This document shows, piece after piece, positions 1 through 13,671 of a DNA stretch of 64,000 nucleotides. Source of the DNA: Octopus vulgaris (lineage: Eukaryota); the NCBI GenBank assembly GCA_951406725.2, contig OX597820.1:23622001-23686000 (forward strand), given 5' to 3'. The notes under the pieces are model-generated. The model did not search any database and was not told the origin of the DNA. It was given only the letters and a program-made list of their open reading frames with translations. How positions within the stretch are numbered: position 1 is the stretch's first letter; every line of letters starts with the position of its first letter. Made by a program: the position numbers and the translations under genes.

Positions 1-3000
1 TCAATGTTAAACAAAATTGGCTGGTTTTTAATTAATAGAAATGACGAAAGAGAGAGAGAGAGAGAGAGAGAGACAAGAGGAGGAAGAGAAAAATGCAACA
101 TGGCTTAATCTATTGAAAATCAGTAACTTCAGCACTGCCTCAATTTAATCCATTAAAAAAAATCAACAACATTGGTTGACTAAATTAAAATAAAATATAT
201 TTCAGTGAAAATAATTATCATGAAAGTAAAAAGAAATTTAATACCATTATCACTGAACAACAGTCTTTCGACAAGTTACTGCTCAAAATTAAAACAGGTT
301 AGATGTAAAAGATACACATATGAACCATCATCTAAATTATTTTGGTGCTGCTGTAGAGCAAGAAGTAAACTCTTGAGTCCATGGGTCATTTTTTAACCGA
401 AGAACATTAACTATTCAAAGTACATTATGATTCCTGGCAGAAATACTTATCATTTACATAAGCTTACTTCAGTCAAAATCCAAGTCAGAAAAGCACAAGT
501 TTGGACAGTGTTTCTCAAACTCAAGAGAATATGAAAATCAAACTGTTTCTTGTCCCTGTTGAGTTAGCACTCCAGTTGGCAGTAAAACTTGGACACTTAC
601 TAAATAAGCAAAGAAAAGTTTAGATGGCTGCTATACAAGGATGTTACATTGTTACAAACGGCCCTGAATATTAAATTGTAACAGCATATGACAAATGAAC
701 AAAAGTGACCAACAAGATCAGAGAATTTTCCAGAAGAATGTAGTATTTATTTTGGGCCACCATGTGAATTGAATAAAACTGTACTATGTACCAGCTAGCA
801 ATGTCTTCTATTATAATTATCCCCGCCATAGATGCTTTATAGGAATATTAAAGTTGACCCAAACTACTAGATTGATACTCTATTTTATCATGCAGAAAAG
901 GTTGAGAGGTAAAGTTCACCAGAGAGAGATTTGAACTCAGAACATAAAGGGCAATAACTAAATGCAAGAAATGTTAAATGGTAACAGCATATGGCAAATG
1001 AACATCTCTCTGGAAGCCTTCCAAAAGTGACCAACAAGATCAGAGAATGTCTCTGCAGATCAGGGCCATTGCATGCAGCACCAGAAAAAAGAAAAAGAAA
1101 CTAAACTTGTGCTCTGGGACCCACAGCATGGTACCAACAATTGTGGGAGATGACCCACCTGAAGGGAGACATAGGGTCGGATTCTATCCCCAAACTGGTG
1201 ATGATGGATTGAGATGTTTTGTGAAATGGCTTTGTCCTCAAGGTGGGAGCCAGGCCACAGTAAGTACTACATTTCTCAATAAACGTTTGGCTTTGTTCTT
1301 AAGCAATTATAAAGCTGTTGAAATTAATGTAGGAAATTTTGGAAATCAGAGAAGTTGGGGCCTTCAAGTGTTTTCCTTTGATTAATGCCAATTAGCAGCT
1401 TCTCATGTAAAAGGAATAAATTAGATAGTAACAACAGAAAACAAAATTCAATATTTGGTGACATTTTAAAGCTTTTTATATTTATATTCATACAATTAAC
1501 AATATTCTAAAACAAAGATTAAATATATCTACAACTTTAAACTAAGTAAATCACTGCCATTTATCTACCATATATTACCCTGCTCCACTGTTACTTCACA
1601 TTTAATCATAAAAATAATACTTAAATGGCAAGACTACAAGTGAAAAAACCCAAGTGTTCTAAGAACCATCCTTTCAGATGATGTGGCTAAAACACTACAT
1701 CAATACACACATGTTCAAAAGCTCTTTTTTAATGGTTTTGTCTTGAGAGAGTGATCATGTGCATGGACTTTGCTGGCTCTCCAAGACTAGTGAAAAGTTC
1801 AATGACATCACAAAAGTGATGAGCTTGAATAATTGCAGAAAACATGACCGATGAGGGGGAATTCCAGGGGACTGATGTTCTGTGGAGGAAGGACTGGAAA
1901 AGTGATTAATGAAAGGTTTAGGAGGCATATAATATGGATGATAAGGGAAGGAGAGATGAAGGAATTGGGTAGACCTGAGTGAAGATGATAAAAGACCAGA
2001 CAACTCTAATGCAAGATCTGTCCAAACAGCAATATAGGCCCCTGGGCAAAGCAATGCTGTAGAGTCCCCTATAAATGCAACTACAGCATACATAGATTTG
2101 TATTGAGTCAATAGACTTGTGGGGATCCAGCCTTAGGACAACATTGCTTCAGGGAACAAATGTCAGTAGGTAGTGTTAGAAGAGGTACAGTGAGAAGACA
2201 GTACATAACAGTTCAATTCATTTTGCTTGACCCATGAACATATTTCCCCACTAACTGCTCAGTTGGCTAGTTAGCAGCTAGAACATCTAATTATGAATTC
2301 AACAATCCACAATGTGCAGTTTTCATCTACCAAATCAATCACAAGGTTTCAGTAAACCTGGGGTTATATTAAGGCACCCAAGATGCCATGCACTAGGACT
2401 GAATCTGTGGTTGGAACGTGAACTTAAACCACACAACCACGCTTGTGCCTATTTTACACACATACACACAATCACTTTAAGCCCCTCTCTGGGAAAGCCA
2501 TGAATATATAAATATAATTCTCCTGTAAATTTTTGGTTCTGCATATGTTTAATTAACATGTTGAATTAATTGAACATACTTAGGCTTTCCTGTATACCAG
2601 TCTTCATAATTGTATCATGTAGAAAGAAACAATGTAAATTTTGTTGGCTCATATCTTTTTGGCTTTTATCATAAAAAATTTTTTGACAACAGAATTACAG
2701 TTCAGTCAATATTTTGAAGTCTGAAATGACTAGAAGAGAGAGCCTGCCAAGCTAGTAATCTTGAACCCAAGTAAAAGCAATGCACTGGGCCCCTATATAC
2801 ACAACAAAACATATATATTAACATTGGATCTCTAGAACCTGTGGGCTCCCAGCTAACTGCCCAGGGTGCTTATGACTTAAGATGACACCACAGTGACGGC
2901 TTCGATTGTTGGTTGTTGCTAATATTTTAAGAGTTTATTCTCATAGAGCATTCCTGTTATCCACAAGAATAACCCAATGAAATACATAATGGAAGCAAAT

Positions 3001-3165
3001 GTATATTTTGTGAACACCTTTCCCCTTAAGAGTAGACTTTGATTATTTAACTGATAAGGTATTTAGACAGAAGAGCCAAATGTGAAATAGTAGATTGTAA
3101 TTTAAATTTTTCTCCAGTCTGTCCCTTTCCTCTCTAAGTTCTACATCTATTTTAATGTTTTTTTT

Positions 3166-3563
3166 ATAGGAGTGGCTGTGTGGTAAGTAGCTTGCTTACC
3201 AACTACACGCTTCCAGGTTCAGTCCCACTGCGTGGCATCTTGGGCAAGTGTCTTCTACTATAGCCTCGGGCCGACCAAAGCCTTGTGAGTGGATTTGGTA
3301 GACGGAAACTGAAAGAAGCCCGTCGTATATATGTATATATATGTATGTGCATGTGTATATGTTTGTGTTTGTCCCTGCCAACATCGCTTGACAACCAATG
3401 ATGGTGTGTTTACGTCCCCGTAACTTAGCAGTTCGGCAAAAGAGACCGATAGAATAAGTACTAGGCTTACAAAGAATAAGTCCTGGGGTCAATTTGCTCA
3501 ACTAAAGGCGGTGCTCCAGCATGGCCACAGTCAAATGACTGAAACAAGTAAAAGAGTAAAAGA
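3166..3563 (+). mobile_element. tRNA-derived SINE family A (CORE-like ttgggcaagtg; tail ggcggtgctccagcatggcc)
   Basis: Further copies at ~26347-26743(+), 31981-32420(-), 41163-41550(+), 42112-42516(+), 36820-37016(-) and 50770-50935(-). Confidence 0.85.
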
Positions 3564-5193
3564 ATAATTGTAGTACATTGGACAAAATGCTTAGTGACAT
3601 TTCTTCCAGTTCTTTATGTTCCAAGTTCAAATCCCATTGGAGGTTGATTTTACCTTACATCCTTGGTGGAAAGGGAGTCAAGAAAATAAGTATGAGTTGA
3701 ACACTGAGTCATTGTAATCAACTTGCATTCTCTTCTAAAATTACTGGTCTTGCACCAAAATTTGAACCAATTTTATTGAATCAACACTAAATAGCTGTAA
3801 GTAATTTATATAATTTACTTTATTTTATTAAATTTGTCATAAAGACAGTACAAAGAGTAAGGTAGCTTTGCGGACTGGACAAGACATTAATGAAATGAAT
3901 GATAACGATGCAAGGATGATAAGGATGGGAGAAGACAGAAAGCACCCGCCCACCCTCTGCTTCTCTATAACATTGTTCTTACACAAACATACATTGAGGT
4001 ATTAACCATCTTACAATTTTTCAATATTTAAACATTCATTGAGGTATTAAACCTCTTACAATTCTCCAACACATACCATTTATTTGGGCTAAAAAGTCCA
4101 TTACAAATTACAATTTATACAATTTACTTACTTAAAACTAGGACAAAAAAGAAAAAAATGTAGATTCAACACATTTTGTAGGGCCCTGGTTTAGCTGCAC
4201 CATAGTGAATCTGGCACTTAAACATTTAAAGAATTTTAATTAGGAGGGAGGAAAAGGCATTGTTTATGACCCTTTACAGTGCCTATGAAACTTGTGGGAG
4301 GAAGATAAATATCTTTAAACTAGAGATCAGGCCCAAATGCCTGCAACAGAATGGACTCCACTAGTGATACCTAAGGACAAGTAATGGTGTTAAACCAGGA
4401 GATAGATTTATTCTCCCATCAATGTAGGCCATGGAAGGATTTGAACTCAATGCAGAGAGCTGAAACAAATACAATAAGACATCTGATTCAACATTCTCAC
4501 AATTCTATAAATCTACCATCTTGGATTTTTAAAAATTAATTCTGAAAGGACGAAAGGCAAAGTTGACCCTGTTGGGATTTGACCTCAGAATAAATATGAG
4601 TGTGCCAATCTTGAGATAAGAAAAAAAAAAAACACCTGCAAAACTCTTCTTTTGGAGCCCTAAGCATTCGCACTTTTAAATAATGGCTAATCTAAGCCTG
4701 AGTAATTTTCAAGCAAAATCAAGAGTAAAGGTCAATGAACTTGTACTGTTAGGAGAGGCACAGAAAAAAGATAGTACATAACAGTTTGTCTCATTCTGCT
4801 TGGCCAACAGACATGTCCCCACCCACCTCACCAGCTTCTCAGTTAAATGGTTTGCAGTTAGAGAGAATATCCAGTTATGAAGTCAATTAATCCAACAATA
4901 TGCAAAATAGTTTACAAAAAGGAAAGGGGTAAAAAAGTAGTTTCTAAACTTATTGCTTATATAGCATAATGCAACTGAATTAGTTTTTTCAGTTTACTTC
5001 AGTAAATTGTAACAAGATTAGCCATTACAGATATATTCCAATCCAATTCCACTCAAAGCCTGGATCTCCCTGAGTCACTTGCCAAAAGTGCTGCACAATA
5101 GAACCACAAAACAACCTTCTTAAACACATAGCCATGTGCCCATGACACCTGGTAACATGCCACTTGCAATGCCTTGATGCTTGTTCTTAAGGA

Positions 5194-5563
5194 TCTCTAT
5201 ATATATAAACGGCAAAATGTCTGTGTGTGTGTGTGTATCCTTTATACAAATCCACAATTTTTCAGTCAGAGAGCTCGCACTTTCTGTGGTCATTCAAAAC
5301 TGTCCAAGGGTGGTCGTGCACATCTTTACATTTCCCCAGTCACCACGCAAAACCATTAAAAAATAAATAGAAGTTACTTTTTTGTGAATTTTCTATCCAA
5401 AACCCAATCAAAATGCCCAAAACTTGATACGCCAATTGAATGCCAGCTAGCTGTATGTGATTGGTTGGAGATTTGGACAGTACTCGCGTGTATGTGCGCA
5501 CGCACACAGCTGTATATGCATGCACTAGCACTATGATCCGGCGTTGCCAAGTCATAGTGCTAG
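5194..5563 (+). mobile_element. Non-autonomous Helitron
   Basis: A|TC 5' end, subterminal hairpin, CTAG|T 3' end, no TSD. A close inverted copy lies at 10057-10421. Confidence 0.85.
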
Positions 5564-6485
5564 TGGTGCTTTATTTGGGTTATAAGACAACCCTTTTGTT
5601 ACCATATTTCTGTTGAAATGTACTGCCTTTGTTCCAAACTATTTTGAAAATAATGAAGAATTTAGTGAAACAACTTTGTCGTTATCATGCGAGAGTTTGA
5701 AATAAGTTAGAGTTTCAATGGATGTTTTAATCCAGAATCACTTTAAAACAGGAAGTTTGTATCACAGAAGGGGTAGTTTTGGGCTGGTTGGTATCAAAAG
5801 GGTTAAGCATATGACAAACGTTTCCCTTTTTCTGGAAGTGGTGCCAATGCATTCAGGTGAATTTTCCATATGAATGTAGTATCTAGTTTGGGCCACCATG
5901 TGAATTTAATAAAACTGTACTATGTACCAGCTAGCAGTGTCTTCTATTATAATTATCCCCTCCATAGATGCTTTATAAGAATATTAAAGTCGACCCCAAC
6001 TACTAGATTGGTACTCTGTTTTATCATGCCCAAATGGTCGAGAGGTAAAGTTCACCACAGAGAGGTTTGCACTCAGAACATAAAGGGTAATAACTAAATG
6101 CATGAAATTTGTTCGACGCTCTAGCGATTCTCAACTCACTAGGTCCCAATATTTGAACTGAAAACGAACAGGTTATTAGTCCAGAACCACATTCAGTTAT
6201 GCTTTTATTTTTTTTTTACTTCCACGTTTATATCCTTAGGAAAGACATGAACACCACGAATTTCCATTATTATCTCTGATAAAATATAGGATTCCAGTAT
6301 ATTACAGGGTCAACAAGAAACATCAATATTTAAAGAAAAATTTTTAAAAAAACCTTCGGCATACAAAATATAGAATAATGAATTTTAGTATATGTGGCAG
6401 ACAAGGAAATCTATACCACCAATGCAAAGTCTAAAAGTTAGCAATGTGGAATCGTTTATATTAGAGACGTGTAAAATAGAGCAAA

Positions 6486-6539
<54 letters not shown>

Positions 6540-7095
6540 AAGAAAGTCACTTCAACATCAGAGTAGAGACATTAAGGTTTGGGATGACTTTAATATAAAG
6601 AACTAATGCGATATGCATTTTTCCCCTTTCAAAGTTACATGCGTGTCTCTATATACCAACTCACACAAATGTATGTGTATACAGACACGTAGTCGATAAG
6701 CATTCCGTAAGTTAATAGCAGATCAACTGCATGTCTAGTATATTTTGGGGGAGTTTAGGCAGAAAATTTTATATACTGTACACATATGTGTATGTGTGTG
6801 TATATATAATCTCAATCCAAAATATGTTTGCAATATCAGAATCTTTGGGGCAAAAATGAGAAAAAAAAAAACTTTGAGTAAAGCAATTTGCACTTTAAAT
6901 TTTTACTTAAAATCCAATGAAGATATTTTCATAGGTTCCAATTTAGCTAGAAGATAGGAATTACAGAAAAATGTAAAATAATATAGAAATTACAAAAATT
7001 ATAAAATGATAAAAAGTATAGATACAAAAAAAAAAATACTTTATTGACAGTTGAAAAAAAAAATTACGTGTAACATGAAGATACTACATACATAC

Positions 7096-7137
7096 GCTGA
7101 AGAAATTGCTGATCTTAGCGATTTTCATGGATTTCAT
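7096..7137 (-). CDS. Candidate alternative first coding exon (MKSMKIAKISNFFS)
   Basis: ATG, 14 codons, donor |GTATGT (phase 0) in unique sequence. No homology recognised. Confidence 0.35.
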
Positions 7138-8173
7138 GTTTTGTGTTATAATAAGAGTACTTGCAGTTAAGAAAACTAAAATTAAAGTGGGTGGAAGAAG
7201 GAAATTGATCTAAAGTATACGGGAGGAAAGGAAATTCTAACCAAACTCAAAAATTATCGTTAACGGAGAACGGAAAAGCGAGTGAAGGGCTTATCCGAGA
7301 CGTAATAAGATAATCTTTAAAATAGTTTTCAAGAATCAGGTATCCGTGGTCCTACTTCGCCTGCTTTTACTTTTTTCCAAAAACCATTTTATAGTGTGAG
7401 TGTATTATACATACACATATATTATTAGCGAAAGGCCCTACGGAGAACTCGTCCGTTTTTTTTTTTTTTTCAGTTTTACTGGACATTAACCAGGCTCTCA
7501 CTATCAAAATTGAAGTGTACATTCTAAATAATTGCGTATAGAATCGGTAATTGGATTCTAGTGCGTATGTGTGTGTGCATATATATATATATATAAGCAC
7601 GCACGCACACATCTTGCCTATTATTAACTTAAAGACGAACACCAATTATACAATTAAAACGTGACACATCTCATTTTGTGTATCTCGCTCTTACATTCAC
7701 AAGTGAATCACGACTATGTCATTTTTCGAAATCTAAGGCAGAGAAAACTAAATTACGTGTTTTGATGTAAAGTCAAGAAACGGATTTTAGTCAGTGCTAT
7801 AAAGCAGAAGAAACTTCTAGCACCAGCCACCTTTGCTAAAGACAAAAATAAATAAACAAACATCAGTTTGCTAAAGCTTTCATCTCTCTTATGTCAGAAT
7901 AATTGTTATGATTATTTATAAATTAAAAATATATATTTTTTTAAATGCAGCTGTAAACAATAACAAAAAAGTTAGAGCACCTTGCAGTGTGAATGATGTA
8001 AATTTGCTTTTATATTTCTACGTACGCGTAAAGAAATTGTCTTGTACAGTATACAAGTCGACGTTAATTGTAGCCAAGATTTCCAAGAATACAAAACAGC
8101 ATCACTCGATTATTTTTCTGTTAGCATAGCGATGATAAAACCATACAGGGAATGCAAATATCAAAGAACTTAC

Positions 8174-8215
8174 CTTATAAATACAGGCTTTAACACTTTG
8201 GTATAAGCGAGACAT
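8174..8215 (-). CDS. Candidate first coding exon of an unidentified minus-strand gene (MSRLYQSVKACIYK)
   Basis: ATG followed by 14 codons and a consensus donor AAG|GTAAGT (phase 0) in unique sequence. No homology recognised. Confidence 0.4.
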
Positions 8216-8759
8216 CGTGACGTTTTAATGTAGCACGCCAACAATGTTTCGGTATCGGAACTGCACGGCTACCTGGTTAGATTTTTAGGCTTTCTTTGTT
8301 TTGCTTAAGATTTTCTTGTGTCTTGAAGGAAGACAAAAAGTACCAACAGAAATTGGTTTCTTCAGATGTCTGCCTAAATGTCCCTCCTCCTGGATTCCGC
8401 TGGTGCTTAACTGAGTAAGCATACACGCTTAACAAAATATGATTATATATCTATATCGCTCTCTCTCTCTCTATATATATACACCTATCAATGTATATCC
8501 GAAATTCTGTCACTGACACATTGACTTTTTTTAAGAGGGGGCGGGAGGGACTGACTTATAGTTTTGTAAATTATATTTTTCTCGTTCCCCTGGCCACACA
8601 CCATACACAAACAAAATGAATGGAATTCGTATAAATGCTCTTTATCAATCATACAGCCTCCAGATTAAAAGCGAAAATTGCGAGACGGTATAATGAAAAC
8701 GTAGCGAGGGATGGTGATGAAATAATAACAGCTACAAGATGAAGAAGTGAAAAAGGAAT

Positions 8760-8900
8760 ACAGCTGCCACGTTGTTTATTTTGCCATGTTGTTAGTCGCT
8801 GACGTCTGAAACCAGTTTCTGATTGGTCTAACGCCCTGCCTCGTTTTCATTTCAGCGAATGCAATTTCAAATCCAGACTCCGAACTGGCGATGTTTTATC
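8760..8900. promoter_or_regulatory. Promoter-like motif cluster
   Basis: YY1-like gccatgtt 8783-8790, CRE-like tgacgtct 8800-8807 and CCAAT (gattgg 8821-8826) in a repeat-free, CpG-richer island upstream of the minus-strand candidate exons. Confidence 0.45.
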
Positions 8901-10056
8901 ATTTTACTGTGACAAAACATCATCAATCACATAAACCAATTTCACTGTCGAAGCAGTGATTATTTCACTGTTATATCGTTTCTTCTATTTAAAAAACAAC
9001 AACATTTGTTTTGTTTTTTTCTCTTTCGATCGCAAAACGTATTTCTTTTATTGCTCTTCAAGTGATTCGGAGCATCGCAGGATTTTTCTTACATCAGTCC
9101 CTTAGTTGATTTATTTGCATTTCAAATCTGGTACATATTAAACTTAATATTTTAATGGTGTCAGATTAAAGGCTCCACAACGAAGCTATCATGATTTAAT
9201 ATTGATTTCTTTTTAAAGGAAAAACGATATGATCTGCTTTAATTCCATTTACATCTAGGATGCTTAAATGGAATATTAAATCGACCCACTTCTCGGCTCA
9301 TACTTTGTTTTATCGACCCCGGAAGGAGGAACGGCAAAGTTGACATTGGAGAGGCTTGAACTTCGAAGACAGGCATTTTGCCCGATGTTCTACCAATTCT
9401 ATTGATCCATTACCTATAGAGCACTTTTTTTTTCTTTATTTAAAACATTTTAGCGGTTCGGTGAAAGAAACCGATAGAATAAATACCAGGTTTTTTTTAA
9501 AAATGTACTGGAGGTGATTCGTTCGACTAAAACCCTTCAAGGCGGTGCCCCAACATGGTCGCACTCCAATGAATGAAACAAATATAAGATAAAAGATAAT
9601 GACTGAGACATTCGAGGCTAGGTAACGCCCATGGCCCTTTTCCAAAACTCCAGAAGAAAACAACTTCGGGCTGGAGATCAATCTCAAATTCTTGCAACAA
9701 ACAAAATCACTAAAAAAAAATATTGAAGGATTAGATGGTGGCGTTTATTCAGGTGACGAAGTAAGTTTCTTATCTCTCTGAGAAACAACTACTCCACCTA
9801 GCTTCCATTGAATTTCCATCTATCAAATTCCCCATGTAACGAATGCTTCAATCTGACTGGGTCAGATTAACTACATTAACTACTGGTTCGTTCTAACTAC
9901 ATTATACTTCCTTAAGTAAAGATAGATTAGCACAGAGTCTCTAGACTCGTGGGGCCCTGAACAACTGCCCAGTGTGCCTATGTTTCAAGACGGTACTGTA
10001 TTGTGATATATCCATGATGTACCAATAACGGAGTCGAAAAGTCTTTTAAGTCATTA

Positions 10057-10421
10057 CTAGCACACTTGACCCAGCAACGCCGAGTCATAATGCTGGTGCA
10101 TGCATATACAGCTGCGTGTGTGCGCACATATACGCGAGTACTGTCCAAATCTCCGACCAATCACATACAGCTAGCAAGCTTTCAATTGGCGTATCAAGTT
10201 TCTGGCATTTTGATTGGGTTTTGGATAGAAAATTCACAAAAAAGTCACTTCTATTGATTTTTAAATGGCTTTGCGGGGTGACTGGGGAAATGTAAAGATG
10301 TGCACGACCACCCTTGGACGGTTTTGAATGACCACAGAAAGTGCGAGCCCTCTAACTGAAAAATTGTGGATTTGTATAAAGGGCACACACGCAGACATTT
10401 TGCCGTTTATATATAGAGAGA
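10057..10421 (-). mobile_element. Non-autonomous Helitron (same family as 5194-5563)
   Basis: Reverse-complement copy with TC...CTAG termini. Confidence 0.85.
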
Positions 10422-11751
10422 TTACTCTGAGAGGAGAGCAACGTTCAGTGATCAGTCTTCTGTAGGTTGAAAGTGTTTCAGAAATCAGAATCCATCAAAA
10501 GTTTTCTGCACAGGCACAAATTCCGCCAAGGTCGACTTTGCCTTTCTTCCTTTCAGGGTCGATAACATATGTACAAGTTGAGCACTGGGGCCGATGTAAA
10601 CGGATTACCCTCTTTCCTAAAATTACTAGCTCTGTGTCAAAAATTGAAACCTCATAACAAAATACTGCATGACAAGCTAAGGCTTGAAATTCGAAACAAA
10701 CGCCCTTAACTACAATTGAAATGCGCTGTGTTGTTGCTTGTCAGTGCCTGTCTACATACGGTGGTTCGCATAGTTGAAATCCTCCAGAAATTGAAATGGT
10801 GGGGTTTTTAAGCATCGTCTATTTATTCTTAACATTGCTCCTTCGGAATATCAGTGCTCCCATCAAAGCAATTTATGGGGCTGTCTGAACTTCTCTACTG
10901 CAGTAATCGTATTCTGCATTAATTTTCGTCTAAAGGGTTTTGCCCACATTTATGTTAGTTCTTGGATTATCAAAGAACTTCGATGGAACCAAATATCCAT
11001 GTATGTCTAATGCAAACATTTCAGGACCCATGTACACGCACAATCCCGTTCAAAAGTTATTCTTCATAAAATAAACTCAATTTAGATTAAACTTCTCTGC
11101 AGATTTGAATAAATATATTACCGTAATAATTGCTTCTAACATAGGCACATAGCTATAAATTTGGAGAGAAAGGAACAGTCGATTATATTGACCCCAGTGC
11201 TTAATTGGTATTTTATTTTATTGATCCCGGAAAGAAGAAGGGTAAAGTTTACCACAACCTGATTTGAATTGAGGACATAAGGACCTTGAATAAATACCAC
11301 TAGGCATTTTATCTTAACAATTGTGTCTATCCACCGCCATACAAACAAACATAATTGTTTCTGATTTAGGTATAAGGTCAGTCATTTTGAGGGAAGGGAT
11401 CAGTTGAAACCATCGAACCCAGTAATTGGCTGATACTTCATGTTATCAAAACGGGGAGGATGAAAAACGAAGTTGACCGCGTCGGGATTTCAACTCAACA
11501 TCTTAAGAGCCAAAAGAAATACTGCAAGTACTAAGATAAATAACAACAACAAAAACTAGTCTCTCAACGCGCTAACTGTTCTGCAGTTCAATGATTGATA
11601 CAACGCAATAAACAGATTTTCCTTTCAAAACGCAGTACTATTAAGTCTTACTCACTGACTTAATAGTTCTGTTCCGTAAACATTGGAAACCTGAACTCTC
11701 GTACTCTGACCACTTTTAGACCGTGAGTCATAAACCTCGTCTTTTAAAAAA

Positions 11752-11826
<75 letters not shown>

Positions 11827-12822
11827 ACGCACGCACGCACGCGCACATACACACACATGTACACACACACATAGATATTATATATATATATATATACACA
11901 TACATATATATTATCTCTCTATATATGTGTGTGTGTGTGTGTGGAGGCGCAATGGTCCAGTGGTTAGGGCAGCAGGCTCGCGGTTTCGATTCCCAGACAG
12001 GGCGTTGTGTGTGTTTATTGAACGAAAACACCTAAAGCTCCACGAGGCTCCGGCAGGGGTGGTAGCGACCCCTGTTCTACTTTTTCGCACCAACTTTCTC
12101 GCACTCTTTCTTCTTGTTTCTTGAGTAACGTTGCAATGGACTGGCGTCCCGTCCAGCTGGGGGGAACACATACGCCATAGAAAATGGGAAACCGGGCCCA
12201 TGAGCCTGGCTAGGATTGAAAAGGGCGCATAAATAAATTATATATATAATTTATTTATGCGCCCTTTTCAATCCTAGCCAGGCTCATATAGGATCTTTTC
12301 AATGTTTTTTTTGACACATTCTACCAGTATACGAAGTTTCAAATTGTTTAGTTAACTAGGAAAATCTGGCCTTCAAACTGAAAAGATCCTTACCTTTGGT
12401 GGCGAAAGTAAATAATACGTACACTCAGTTTTTACAGTTAGGGTTTGAGTTAGGGGTTATGGTTTTTGTTACGCCGAAAACGGGTGGTGTACGTATTCTT
12501 TACCTCCGCCCCTTAGTTTTCACGTTCATGAAGCGTTTAGCTTTACGGCGCATCATCATATCCCAAAACCTGTTGGTTTAAGGCCTCTCTACAAAATTCT
12601 AGAGAGGCCTTAAACCAACAGGATTTGGGATCTGATGACACGCCGTAAAGCTAAGCGCTTTATGGTCGTAAAGCCAAAGGTAATCCCATAAACCGGCCGA
12701 TTGTAAATTTTATATTATATATATATATAAATACACACACACATATGAGAATATATTTGGGGATTTGAAAATGCATATGAATCTGAAAAACGTGTAGTCG
12801 TTTTTAAATGGATTTAATCACG

Positions 12823-12863
12823 TATCAAACTAGTTTCGACAATGTTTTAGCTTATCAATGGTA
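12823..12863 (-). ncRNA. Non-canonical hammerhead-like motif (U3/A8 core)
   Basis: Minus strand tacca-TTGATAA-gctaa aaca ttgtc-GAAA-ctag-TT-tgata; palindromic ACTAGT stem III; stems I and II imperfect. Confidence 0.45.
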
Positions 12864-13178
12864 TAAATATATATGAAAAAATAAAGTGGGGATGGAGAGT
12901 TTAAAATTGCAAGATAAAAACTGGACAAACATGTTTAAACTATCAAGTGTTCAAATATTCACAGAAATTTCAATGAGTTTCACAAGGATAGATAGTAATA
13001 CCAATGTTTGGCGAAGATCATAACAAAAGTACAGTATTGAAAGTTCAATCGTATTTAGATTTTATAGAATAAGTGGAGAAGAAAGAGAAAAAGGTAGAGA
13101 GAGAAAGAAAAGAGGTTTCTTTACAATTTCTGTCGTGATGCGTGTAGTTCTTTTTTCAGTTTCAATCACGGCTTGTTG

Positions 13179-13222
<44 letters not shown>

Positions 13223-13350
13223 CAGAGAGAGATATACGATCTCTCTATCTCTCTCTCTCCCTAAATATATATATCATTTTTTCTCATTTTATCTAGTTTC
13301 AGCTCACTAGCTGTGGCCATGCTGGGGCACCGCCTTTCAAAATTTACACA

Positions 13351-13406
13351 GGTTCTGGTGAGGATCGAACTCACAACCTTCTGCGTGTAAAGCAGACGTG
13401 ATAACG

Positions 13407-13412
<6 letters not shown>
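13351..13412 (-). pseudogene. 5'-truncated tRNA-Val(TAC) copy
   Basis: Minus strand tgtagtcgttatcacgtctgcttTACacgcagaaggttgtgagttcgatcctcaccagaacc. Anticodon and T arms are intact; the 5' acceptor strand is replaced by (TA)n. Confidence 0.8.
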
Positions 13413-13443
<31 letters not shown>

Positions 13444-13498
13444 TTTTCAAAATGTAACCAGATGTGAATCGTTGGCGATTTCTATTGGACTTACCTCT

Positions 13499-13534
13499 GT
13501 TTCCGAAGAAGAGCGTCTGCTCGAAATGTTAAAC
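13499..13534 (+). ncRNA. Hammerhead-like motif (CCGAAGA core)
   Basis: gttt-CCGAAGA-a-gagc gtct gctc-GAAA-tg-TT-aaac; stems I and II pair perfectly. Confidence 0.65.
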
Positions 13535-13671
13535 CATCTTTCTTACCTTTCCTGAGCGTCTGCTAATACATTACATGTACCACGTTCTCGCGTTGTTTTT
13601 TTTTTCTGTGTTCGTTCTTTTGGGGGGATTTACTATACATATATATACATACATACATATATGTAGTAGAA

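Noticed and set aside
1755-2111. 118-aa ORF (and 15233-15448) as a host gene
   Set aside because: The two regions resemble each other and decayed LINE 3' coding ends (WNSL-type motif), with no exon structure.
12632-12675. CTGATGA followed by a hairpin as a hammerhead
   Set aside because: No GAAA after the stem and no stem I or III.
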